From the NCBI GenBank assembly GCA_002316275.1, contig DCDE01000013.1, positions 2,973 to 66,972 of the forward strand: 64,000 nucleotides of DNA, read 5' to 3'. This DNA is from a candidate division WOR-3 bacterium UBA1063 (lineage in GTDB: Bacteria; Hydrothermota; Hydrothermia; UBA1063). The translations under genes were made by a program, and so were the position numbers. Shown here in pieces: positions 39,487 through 48,641 of the stretch (position 1 is the first letter of the stretch; each line of letters begins with the position of its first letter). The notes under the pieces are model-generated. The model was not told the DNA's origin, searched no databases, and saw only the letters and a list, made by a program, of their open reading frames with translations.

Positions 39487-41124
39487 ATGGATATGACGAA
39501 TTTAGTTAACTTGTTCAACAAAACTTTTCGTGCATATAAAATATACCCCAAGGGTCATGATATTCCTAAATTCTTTCTTAGGCAGCTATGGGACAATGTG
39601 AAGTCAACGCTTTCTGAGGTTAACAAGATCGAATGGATCTTTGACAAAGGAAAGTGTCTCGATAGTTATGGTTCTGAGATCTGGTCAGAGGAAGAAAATG
39701 ATGACAATATCGCATGGGTATTCTACCGTTTCGGAGTCAGAGTAGTTACAATCACTCAAAATGCCTTGGTAGTAGATCTTCAGAACATCTTTGAAGCAAT
39801 TCAGAGTGCTTATGCTTCAAAAGATAAGTATTCTCTTATATATGAGATTAACCAGCGAGATTACAATGGAATCTCTTTCGAATTCATTCCTGAATTTTTG
39901 CAAGATCAAAATGTATATATTCCGGAAACGTATCAGGACCTTTTAAAGTTCAGAGAGAAGGAACCGGCCTCAGAACCTGTTGAGGTTGAAGGACAGATTT
40001 CAGCATCCATAGAGATCCCAATAATCATCGAGTCAAGGGAAGTATTCACTATTAATTCTGAAGAAGAACAGGCCCTCAATGATGAAATTTCAAAAGAGAG
40101 GGAAACATCGCAACTGGACAAATTCATGAACTACTTGTATACCATCATCGAAGTTGAACATGAAGAGGTGGTCTACAACATATTGAAATCGGTGGAAGAA
40201 TTTATCCTTGTAGACATAGGTAATTCAGGTATTCGTCGAGTTTCAAATATCCTATCTGATCTTAGAGTGCTTTCGTCTCATCTTGAAGACAAGGGAAAAG
40301 CTAGCGTCATCGAATCTCTGTTTAGAAGGCTCAGTGATCCGACACTCCTCGATACCATTGTAAGAGCCAATATAGAATCAAACCTAAAAGATCTGGAATA
40401 CTTTTTGACAAATTTGTCCGAAGACGCTGCTTTCCCGCTATTCAAAATTGCCACAGAGTTTACTCAACGAAACCAGAGACAACTCTTGCTAAGATCAATA
40501 TTAAATATCGATGGCACTGATCGGAAGAAAATCTTACAGTACATAGTATCAAACAAAAAAAATGAAAAAGTACTACTTACTGGGTTAGAATTCATAACCT
40601 TAGGGAAATTCAGCGAAATGAAAGACTTTTTAACCGAGCTTCAGCTGGAAGCTAGTCCTTCTATAAAGAAGTACCTCCTCGAAGCCATCTCTGCAATTGA
40701 AGGTGATTTAACGCCATTCTTCTACGATCCTGAACTTGATGTAAGGATGAGCACTTATATTGAAATGAAGAAAAATCCCAAAAAAGCTTTCACTAATCTC
40801 ATCTTGGAACGCCTTAAAAGCCCTGAACTGTTTTACAAACTGGATGCTCTTGAAAAAAAGCAGTTTATGAGCCTCATCCCAGAATACTTAGATTACCAAT
40901 TTGTTGAAGATACTGTCAAAAATATCCTCAACCAGAACCTCTCAATAATAAATAAGATCACAAAGTCACGAAAGTACTATGAAACCCTTCAATTTCTTAT
41001 AAACTCGCTGTTAGAATCAAACAAAAAGGAAGTATTTATCCTCCTCATTGAAACGATTAAAAGTACAAAAGATTCAAAAGTCAGAGAGATGTGTTCAGAA
41101 GCTTTGAAACAGTTAAAGGAGTAA
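39487..41124 (+). CDS. hypothetical protein with HEAT-like C-terminal repeats
   Basis: 545-aa ORF, 15 nt after the cyclase gene and 4 nt before the HD-GYP gene. Acidic central linker. C-terminal HEAT-like units (DPELDVRMSTYIEM, DSKVREMCSEALKQL). No catalytic motif recognised. Confidence 0.6.
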   Translation: MDMTNLVNLFNKTFRAYKIYPKGHDIPKFFLRQLWDNVKSTLSEVNKIEWIFDKGKCLDSYGSEIWSEEENDDNIAWVFYRFGVRVVTITQNALVVDLQNIFEAIQSAYASKDKYSLIYEINQRDYNGISFEFIPEFLQDQNVYIPETYQDLLKFREKEPASEPVEVEGQISASIEIPIIIESREVFTINSEEEQALNDEISKERETSQLDKFMNYLYTIIEVEHEEVVYNILKSVEEFILVDIGNSGIRRVSNILSDLRVLSSHLEDKGKASVIESLFRRLSDPTLLDTIVRANIESNLKDLEYFLTNLSEDAAFPLFKIATEFTQRNQRQLLLRSILNIDGTDRKKILQYIVSNKKNEKVLLTGLEFITLGKFSEMKDFLTELQLEASPSIKKYLLEAISAIEGDLTPFFYDPELDVRMSTYIEMKKNPKKAFTNLILERLKSPELFYKLDALEKKQFMSLIPEYLDYQFVEDTVKNILNQNLSIINKITKSRKYYETLQFLINSLLESNKKEVFILLIETIKSTKDSKVREMCSEALKQLKE

Positions 41125-41128
41125 CGGA

Positions 41129-42499
41129 ATGAATATCCACGATGAGAGAAACCAAACGATGATATTTACACGATTTCTGTCGGCCTTCCATAACATTAAA
41201 CTTTATGGAAGCACACATAATGTGAGTGAAAAGAGCCTTATTGAATTAAAGGATACAATAGATAGCATACTCCAAGAAAACGATGAATTTACTTTAGTAT
41301 TCAGGGGTTGGCACGTATATTTCTGTGGAGAAAGGGTAAAAATATCATCAGCTAACTTCTCGTATATAATGCAACTTATAGATTTATTTCAGGGAAAAAA
41401 TACCGGAGGAATCAAAATCTCGAAAGGTTTTACGATTCAAGAGATTAGCCTTTTTATGGAGCTTCTAACAAAAGAAAACATTACAATTGACGAGATAACT
41501 CAAAAACTTACTGAATCCGGTTGTATTTCAATTGTCGTTATTCCTCTATTTGTTCAGCCTACAGAACTGCTTGACCCAAGAAAAAGAGTAAAACAGGTCT
41601 ATTTTGAAACTATAAACCTTGTAAAAAACCTTGCAACCCAAAGTAACTTACAAAGAAGCACATATACAAAGTTTACTGTTGGAGTTTTATACTTGATTGA
41701 CACCTTAAAGACTTCAGAGAGTTTGCTCCTCGGACTTACCGTCGTTAAAAATTACGATGACTTCCTTTACAATCATTCAGTTAATACTGCAATTCTTTCA
41801 CTCTCCCTTGGAGTCAGGATTGGTCTTAAGAGTAAAGAACTTCTTCGCTTGGGCCAGTCTGCGATACTTCATGACATTGGTATGATCAATGTTCCACGTC
41901 ATATTCTAAAAAAGGAATCTCTACTCAGTGACGAAGAGTGGAGAATTGTAAAAACCCATCCTATAAGTGGGGTACAAATTGTCTTGGACCTGATGGGGCT
42001 TTCCGAAGAAACTGCGCCTATATTAATTACTGTAATTGAGCACCAGAAGGGATATGATGGTACAGGATATCCAGAATTTATTAAGAACCAAAAAATCTCT
42101 TTATATGCCCGGATAATCCAGATTGCAGACTTTTATGATGCAGTCACGACACCGAGATTCTATAATCCTATCCCTATGTCTCCAGCGGAAGCAATAGCAT
42201 ATCTTATAAGGTACTCCGGGCAACTTTTTGATCCTATCATTTCTAAACATTTTATAAATATACTTGGTATTTATCCCTTAGGAAGTCTCGTCTTTCTCTC
42301 AACGGGAGAATGGGGGCTCGTAATCGGTCAGCCACAAGATCCATCAACACTACACAAGCCCTTGGTATTAATTATCAAAGATAGTGATGGTAAAGATATA
42401 GACCACAAGATGATAGACTTGAGCCAGTCAGAAATTGAGATTATGAAAGCTGATTCCCCATGGAAGTATGGAATTGATCCTGCAGAATATTTGATTTAG
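41129..42499 (+). CDS. HD-GYP domain phosphohydrolase (variant motif)
   Basis: NHSVNTA, HDIGM, KTHP, HQKGYDGTGYP and RIIQIADFYDAVTTPRFY. SD AAGGAG 7 nt upstream. Confidence 0.8.
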   Translation: MNIHDERNQTMIFTRFLSAFHNIKLYGSTHNVSEKSLIELKDTIDSILQENDEFTLVFRGWHVYFCGERVKISSANFSYIMQLIDLFQGKNTGGIKISKGFTIQEISLFMELLTKENITIDEITQKLTESGCISIVVIPLFVQPTELLDPRKRVKQVYFETINLVKNLATQSNLQRSTYTKFTVGVLYLIDTLKTSESLLLGLTVVKNYDDFLYNHSVNTAILSLSLGVRIGLKSKELLRLGQSAILHDIGMINVPRHILKKESLLSDEEWRIVKTHPISGVQIVLDLMGLSEETAPILITVIEHQKGYDGTGYPEFIKNQKISLYARIIQIADFYDAVTTPRFYNPIPMSPAEAIAYLIRYSGQLFDPIISKHFINILGIYPLGSLVFLSTGEWGLVIGQPQDPSTLHKPLVLIIKDSDGKDIDHKMIDLSQSEIEIMKADSPWKYGIDPAEYLI

Positions 42500-42500
42500 T

Positions 42501-44225
42501 TTACTTTCTCTTAGTATTCAGAAGCTCAATCAGATCTTCTAAAGGTCTCGTATTGATAACATCATTTGGCATGAGCCATGCTCTCCTCGCCTGCCCTATG
42601 CCAAGTCTCACCATACTAAACTGACCGGTGTGGTGGGCATCGGTATTTATCACAAGTAAAACATCTTTTTCCTTCGCCTTTTTAGCATTTACATCGTTGA
42701 AGTCAAGCCTCTCGTAATAAGAATTTATCTCTATAAAGGTCTTAGTCTCAACTGCTTTTTCTATGATTGCATCAATATCAACTCTGTATCCCTCTCTCTG
42801 GCCTATCAACCTTCCGGTAGGATGTCCAATAATCGTTACAAATGGACTTTCCATAGCTTTTAAAATCCGTTCTGTGGCATCTTCGTTTTTCTTCCACATA
42901 TGGATAGAGGCAACAACAAAGTCAAGTTCAGCCAAAACTTCGTCAGGGTAATCCAGTTTCCCATCAGCTAAAATGTCAACTTCCGTGCCCTTTAACAATC
43001 TAAACCCGCCAAGTTCTGAATTTAACCTGTCTATCTCCCTATTCTTTTCCCTCAGTCCATCAATGGCAAGGCCCCCCGCATATTTAACAGACTTGGAATG
43101 GTCACATACTCCAAGATAGCTATAGCCAAAACTAATAGAATACTTTGCAAGCTCTTCGAGACTGGAACTCCCATCAGAATAACTAGAATGGACATGCAAA
43201 TCTCCCTTAATGTCTTTAAATTCAACTAAATTTGGGAGATTACCGGCCAATGCTGCTTCTACTTCGCCCTGATCTTCACGAAGTTCAGGTGGTATCCATT
43301 CCATCCCTAAAGCCCTATAGACTTCTTCTTCCTCTCTTCCAGCTACATATTTATCGCCCATAAAAACGCCATACTCAGAAACTTTCAGTCCTTTTGATTT
43401 GGCAATAGACCTCACTTTTACATTATGGCTTTTAGAGCCAGTAAAGTACTGCAAAGCCGCACCCCAAGATTCTTCTGACACAACCCTCAAATCCACCTGA
43501 TATTTGTTTTCGATTACAACCGATCCCTTGGTGTCACCGCTGGCAAGCACATCTGAAACAAGGGGGTACTGGGTAAAATATTTTATTATTTCACTCCCAT
43601 TTGGCCCTACAACAAGAATATCAATATCTCCAACGGTTTCCTTCATTCTTCTGTATGATCCACAGGGTGAAATAAATTTTACATATTCACACTTGTTCAT
43701 ATACTCGAGTAGTTCTTCTACAATGCCCATAGCAACACCAAGTGGCATTCTTTCCTGCATGCTTAGATACAGTTCCAGCCCCCTCTTAATATTTTCGATC
43801 TTTTTTTCTCCCATTCCCGGTAGCTGAAGTAATCTAGGATCATCAAGTATCTTCACAAAATCTTCCATTTTTGTAACCCTGAAGTTATCGTATATTTGCT
43901 TCAACGTTCTGGGACCAATACCTGGTACATTCATCAATATAAGGAGGTCTGGTGGAACCTGGCTCATTACCTCTTCGTATTTTTGAAATGTTCCCGTCTC
44001 GAGGAATTCTGCAATTTTTTTTGCAATGCCTTCACCAATCCCTGGTATCTTCTCAAGTCCAGATAAACCTTCCATTTTGTAAATCTCGGAAACTTCTTCA
44101 TCCATCTCATCTAAAATACGAGAAACTTTTAAATATGCTCTAACTTTGAATGGATTCTCTCCAAGAAAGTCAAGTGCACTTGCTAATTCCTCAAACCTTT
44201 TTGAGAGCATTTTGTTTATTTTCAT
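42501..44225 (-). CDS. polX: DNA polymerase X family protein with PHP domain
   Basis: HhH N-terminus, nucleotidyltransferase GDIDILV and C-terminal PHP motif HVHSSYSDG. Confidence 0.88.
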   Translation of the reverse strand: MKINKMLSKRFEELASALDFLGENPFKVRAYLKVSRILDEMDEEVSEIYKMEGLSGLEKIPGIGEGIAKKIAEFLETGTFQKYEEVMSQVPPDLLILMNVPGIGPRTLKQIYDNFRVTKMEDFVKILDDPRLLQLPGMGEKKIENIKRGLELYLSMQERMPLGVAMGIVEELLEYMNKCEYVKFISPCGSYRRMKETVGDIDILVVGPNGSEIIKYFTQYPLVSDVLASGDTKGSVVIENKYQVDLRVVSEESWGAALQYFTGSKSHNVKVRSIAKSKGLKVSEYGVFMGDKYVAGREEEEVYRALGMEWIPPELREDQGEVEAALAGNLPNLVEFKDIKGDLHVHSSYSDGSSSLEELAKYSISFGYSYLGVCDHSKSVKYAGGLAIDGLREKNREIDRLNSELGGFRLLKGTEVDILADGKLDYPDEVLAELDFVVASIHMWKKNEDATERILKAMESPFVTIIGHPTGRLIGQREGYRVDIDAIIEKAVETKTFIEINSYYERLDFNDVNAKKAKEKDVLLVINTDAHHTGQFSMVRLGIGQARRAWLMPNDVINTRPLEDLIELLNTKRK

Positions 44226-44231
44226 ATGATA

Positions 44232-44260
44232 AATTTAAAACAAGGAAGAAAATCTTTCAA
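44232..44260 (-). promoter_or_regulatory. promoter candidate TTGAAA-17-TAAATT; polX ATG 6 nt downstream (leaderless)
   Basis: Minus strand: TTGAAA gattttcttccttgttt TAAATT tatcat ATG(44225). Confidence 0.4.
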
Positions 44261-44310
44261 GATCCATAGTAAACTTTCACTTTATATACTTGAGGCATAA
44301 GTCTCAACAC

Positions 44311-44339
44311 TTGAATATGTGAAAAGTAAATAATATAAT
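44311..44339 (+). promoter_or_regulatory. promoter candidate TTGAAT-17-TATAAT; Wzc-like ATG 7 nt downstream (leaderless)
   Basis: TTGAAT atgtgaaaagtaaataa TATAAT aaatgtt ATG(44347). Confidence 0.45.
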
Positions 44340-44346
44340 AAATGTT

Positions 44347-46728
44347 ATGAACAACGATGAGTTCTCTTTCCAAGACATAAAAGAAGCAATAGTAAGAAAG
44401 GGACGAATTGGTCTTATAGTTTTGACCGTGACAGTACTCGTAGGCGTAATATATATTATTACGAAGAGCCCTGTATACGAGTCAGAGATCAGGGTAAGAC
44501 TATCTGGAGCATCTTCTGTCACAGAAATGGTAATTATGGGAGCTACAACGCCATGGAATGATGTACCCACTCAATTAGAACTCATTAAATCGAAGAATAT
44601 TCTCAAACGAACCGTAGATAAGCTCAACCTCAGATTTCAACCTCTGAGCAAAGATTTCTCACAGTTCGTAGAGATAAAATCTCTCACTGTTCACCACGAC
44701 AATGTACCAAACGCCACATACCTTCTCGAATTAAAAGAGAAGGGCTTTAATATCATGACGGAAAACGGCGACACAATACTTAAGGGTGCATATGATACCT
44801 TAGTTACATCGGATATTATAGATTTATGCCTTACCCCAGTGTCACAAAAAACCGCTGGTAAAGCTCTAAAATTCACAATTGTAAGTACGGACAATGCCGT
44901 AAATGCCTTATCAAAAAATGTTAAAGTAAATCAGGAAGGGAAATCTTTCATTGCAGTTGTTAAAGCCCGAGCTGGTGATCCCATCCTCGCAAAACGAATT
45001 GCAGAAGAGATTGCCACTGGATACTATGAATTTACATTAGAAGATGTAAGGTCCCAAGCTAACTCTCTAAGACTCTTTTTGGAAGAGCAGATAATAAACA
45101 TAGAAAATGACCTAACAAATTACGAGAACCAGCTTACAAAAATAAAAGATGAACTCGGTACATACAACTTTTTTGCTCTGGAAAATCTTTCAGAAAGTAT
45201 GAAAGATATCTTTTCGAAGATGAACGACTTAGAATTTGAGAAAGTTAGGGCAACTATTGAGAAAGCCGAAGCAGAAAATGAGATTAGTATAATAAAGCAA
45301 CAGATGGAAGGCCATGGTTATTTTAAGGAATATGCACAGATTGCCGCAAATTTGGAAACCAGTGGAGACCCGAAGCTTACTGCCCTCCTGAATAGGCTTT
45401 ATGACTTAGAACTAAAAAAGGCCTCCCTTAGCCAGAAGTATAATGAGGAAAATCCTGAAATTAAAGCCATAAATTCACAAATAGAAGAAATAAAAAAATC
45501 GCTCATAAAAACTCAAGAGGAAGGAACATTTCAGGCTGTCTCTACATCAGATCCAGTATTCCAACAGTTAGCGCAGCAGCTAATTAGAAACCAGGTAAAC
45601 CAGTTAACACTTGCTACAAGGGTAACAGCAATAGATTCATCCTTGAAAATATATGAAAGTAAAATTGGGAATTTACCCGAAAATGCTTTAATGCATAGTA
45701 GGATAAAACGTAAAATTAATGCTCTTTCAGGCATTTATAGCTTACTACTGGAGAAATTAGAACAAACAAAGATCGAAGAGGCTTCAAAGATATCTGACGT
45801 AAGAATCGTAGACTACGCTATGATACCCACTACCCCCGTATCTCCTAAGAAGTTTCAGACTATATTTATCACTGTGATTCTTGGGGCCATTCTTGGTCTT
45901 TTTACCACTCTAACCCTTTATAATCTCGATGACACAGTAAAGTTCGCATCCGAAGTTGAAAATATTACGGGAAGGCCTTGTTTAGCGAAAATACCCACCT
46001 TTAATAACTCAAGAGGAAAAGCAAATGAAGTCAGACTGGTAGTTGACAGAGATCCCCTTAGTCCCGTAACTGAATCATTCAAAAAACTTCGGTTTAACAT
46101 CGAGATCCTCTGCAAAGAACACCCAAAAATTATCGCAGTCACAAGTTGCATTGAAAATGAAGGAAAATCAACTACTGTTGCGAATCTTGCATTAGCGTAT
46201 GCCTTCGCCGGCTATAAAACGCTTATCATTGACGGAGACCTTAGAAAACCAACGCAACATGAAATCTTTAGCATTTCAAATGAGGTGGGTTTCTCTGATC
46301 TCATTACAAGAAACACTTTAAAACCCTATAACACCGAATTTCCGAACCTCTTTGTACTTCCAGCAGGAACTAACTCCTTAAATGTCTTAAAAGTACTCGA
46401 TGCCTTTGACCTCAGTAAGATTCGAGACCTACTACTTGAGAATTTTGATATAATAATCGTTGATACTCCTCCGATACTTCCTGTAGCAGAGTCAAACACA
46501 CTGGCAAGCTTTGCAGGAAATCTCATTCTCGTAACACGAGCTGAATTTACATCAAAGAAATTACTATATGAGGTTGTTAAGTCTATTCCAGAGACAGTAA
46601 ATTTCCCGGGAGTTGTTGTAAACTCTTACCGTGGTGGGGAAAGCTATTATAAACATTATAAGTACTATAAGAAGTCTGAAAAAAATGGCACAATCAGCAC
46701 AATCTTGCACAAGTTAGGCAAGAAATAG
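44347..46728 (+). CDS. polysaccharide co-polymerase / BY-kinase (Wzc-like tyrosine autokinase)
   Basis: Wzz-like N-terminus with two TM segments flanking a coiled-coil. Walker A ENEGKST. Walker B IIIVDTPP. C-terminal Tyr cluster SYYKHYKYYKK. Confidence 0.8.
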   Translation: MNNDEFSFQDIKEAIVRKGRIGLIVLTVTVLVGVIYIITKSPVYESEIRVRLSGASSVTEMVIMGATTPWNDVPTQLELIKSKNILKRTVDKLNLRFQPLSKDFSQFVEIKSLTVHHDNVPNATYLLELKEKGFNIMTENGDTILKGAYDTLVTSDIIDLCLTPVSQKTAGKALKFTIVSTDNAVNALSKNVKVNQEGKSFIAVVKARAGDPILAKRIAEEIATGYYEFTLEDVRSQANSLRLFLEEQIINIENDLTNYENQLTKIKDELGTYNFFALENLSESMKDIFSKMNDLEFEKVRATIEKAEAENEISIIKQQMEGHGYFKEYAQIAANLETSGDPKLTALLNRLYDLELKKASLSQKYNEENPEIKAINSQIEEIKKSLIKTQEEGTFQAVSTSDPVFQQLAQQLIRNQVNQLTLATRVTAIDSSLKIYESKIGNLPENALMHSRIKRKINALSGIYSLLLEKLEQTKIEEASKISDVRIVDYAMIPTTPVSPKKFQTIFITVILGAILGLFTTLTLYNLDDTVKFASEVENITGRPCLAKIPTFNNSRGKANEVRLVVDRDPLSPVTESFKKLRFNIEILCKEHPKIIAVTSCIENEGKSTTVANLALAYAFAGYKTLIIDGDLRKPTQHEIFSISNEVGFSDLITRNTLKPYNTEFPNLFVLPAGTNSLNVLKVLDAFDLSKIRDLLLENFDIIIVDTPPILPVAESNTLASFAGNLILVTRAEFTSKKLLYEVVKSIPETVNFPGVVVNSYRGGESYYKHYKYYKKSEKNGTISTILHKLGKK

Positions 46729-46738
46729 GGGGAACGAC

Positions 46739-47314
46739 ATGCTCTTTAGTTCTATCATTGCTCTAATTTTATCTTCTTTAGTACCAGGGGATGCAATAGT
46801 GATAAGATCAACCAACTACAGGGAGCTAAATGATACGCTTTTTGTGATAGCTGATACTACTGCAGAACTACCATATATAGGTAGAATTAATGTATCTGAA
46901 ATAACGGAAGAGAGTCTTCGCAGCTTTTTCATAGATACTTACAGCAAGTACCTTAAGGAACCCGACTTGGCTGTATTTGTTCTCTATAGGATCTCTATAT
47001 TAGGAAGAGTTAATAAACCGGGCATCTATTACGTACCACCTTTCGCAGGGCTCGGAGATATACTCGCTATGAGTGGTGGCCCACTGCCAGATGCCTCGCT
47101 TGGTTCGATAAAAGTATATTCAAACGGAAAATACAGAAAAGTAAACTTTGAAAAAAGTGTTAAAGAGTCACTTAACATAAAGGACTTAAAGATCTCTTCA
47201 GGGACTGTAATCGAAGTTCCTAAGAAGTATACAATAAACTTAGATGACATATACAAATTTGCCGCTACAGCGGGTATTCTATGGAGTATATACAGCGACG
47301 TTCTCATAGATTAA
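46739..47314 (+). CDS. small polysaccharide export protein (Poly_export/SLBB-like)
   Basis: Signal-like N-terminus, PGDAIVI, then GRVNKPGIYYVPPFAGLGDILAMSGG. Located between the Wzc-like gene and the sugar dehydrogenase. Confidence 0.55.
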   Translation: MLFSSIIALILSSLVPGDAIVIRSTNYRELNDTLFVIADTTAELPYIGRINVSEITEESLRSFFIDTYSKYLKEPDLAVFVLYRISILGRVNKPGIYYVPPFAGLGDILAMSGGPLPDASLGSIKVYSNGKYRKVNFEKSVKESLNIKDLKISSGTVIEVPKKYTINLDDIYKFAATAGILWSIYSDVLID

Positions 47315-47324
47315 AGGAGGGCAG

Positions 47325-48641
47325 ATGGCCCGGAATTTCAAAGAAAAGATATGTAAAAAAGAATCTCTAATTGGTGTAATTGGGCTCGGATATGTGGGAT
47401 TACCCCTCGTAAGGGAATTCTTGAAAAATGGGTTCAAAGTAGTGGGTTTCGATATCGACTCACATAAAGTTGAAACCCTCATGAAAGGTGAGAGTTACAT
47501 AAAGCACATCAATAACGAATTTATAAAAAATGCGGTATCAAACAAGAGATTTGAAGCCACGAGTGATTTTACGAGGCTTAGGGAAGTAGATGTAATAATC
47601 GTTTGTGTACCGACACCCCTTGGTGAACACTGGGAGCCAGACCTTTCATATTTAATAAGTACAGCAGAAATAATCTCTAAGAATCTAAGAAAAGGGCATA
47701 TTGTTGTGTTTGAAAGTACAACGTACCCAGGAACTACTGACGAAGAGGTGCTCCCTATACTCGAAAAATCTGGGCTTAAAGTGGGCGTAGACTTTTACCT
47801 CGGGTTTTCGCCAGAGAGGGAAGACCCTGGAAACAAAAACTATACCACTGCTACGATCCCCAAAATAGTGAGTGGAATTACTGAGAATTGTTGTGAATTA
47901 ATAAAGGCACTTTATGATCAGATTGTTGTTAAGACTGTACCAGTTTCTTCAACAAGAGTGGCTGAGGCAGTTAAGCTCTTGGAGAATATATACAGGGGTG
48001 TGAATATTGCCCTAATTAATGAACTAAAGATGATATTTGATAAAATGAATATCGACATATGGGAAGTTATTGAAGGTGCAAAAACGAAGCCCTTTGGATA
48101 CCAACCCTTCTACCCAGGGCCAGGCTTGGGAGGGCATTGTATCCCCATAGACCCATTTTACCTTACATGGAAGGCTAAAGAATACGACATTGCTACAAGG
48201 TTTATTGAACTTGCAGGAGAAATTAACACTTCCATGCCATACTATATCGTGGACAAAGCCATCAGAGCTTTGAATTTACACGGGAAAAGTATCAAAAACG
48301 CCAGTATACTGGTCCTTGGAGTATCGTATAAGCCAGATATTGACGATATGAGGGAGAGCCCAGCTCTTAAAATTATTAAGATACTCATGGACGAAGGAGC
48401 AAAAGTAGATTACAACGACCCATTTTTCCCAGAACTCGCCCCCGTTAGAAAATACCAGTTTACTCATAAATCTGTTGAATTAACTGCGGAAAATCTTAAA
48501 AAATTTGACCTGGTAATTATAGTTACCAACCATTCTTCTTACGACTATGATTTCATTAGAAAAAACGCAAACTTGATACTCGACACAAGGAATGCATTCG
48601 GAATAAAGGGGCTAAAAGAATCAAATATTATTAAAGCTTAA
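47325..48641 (+). CDS. nucleotide-sugar dehydrogenase (UDP-N-acetyl-hexosamine dehydrogenase-like)
   Basis: Rossmann GVIGLGYVGLP. Catalytic Cys region GLGGHCIPID. SD AAGGAGG upstream. Confidence 0.85.
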   Translation: MARNFKEKICKKESLIGVIGLGYVGLPLVREFLKNGFKVVGFDIDSHKVETLMKGESYIKHINNEFIKNAVSNKRFEATSDFTRLREVDVIIVCVPTPLGEHWEPDLSYLISTAEIISKNLRKGHIVVFESTTYPGTTDEEVLPILEKSGLKVGVDFYLGFSPEREDPGNKNYTTATIPKIVSGITENCCELIKALYDQIVVKTVPVSSTRVAEAVKLLENIYRGVNIALINELKMIFDKMNIDIWEVIEGAKTKPFGYQPFYPGPGLGGHCIPIDPFYLTWKAKEYDIATRFIELAGEINTSMPYYIVDKAIRALNLHGKSIKNASILVLGVSYKPDIDDMRESPALKIIKILMDEGAKVDYNDPFFPELAPVRKYQFTHKSVELTAENLKKFDLVIIVTNHSSYDYDFIRKNANLILDTRNAFGIKGLKESNIIKA

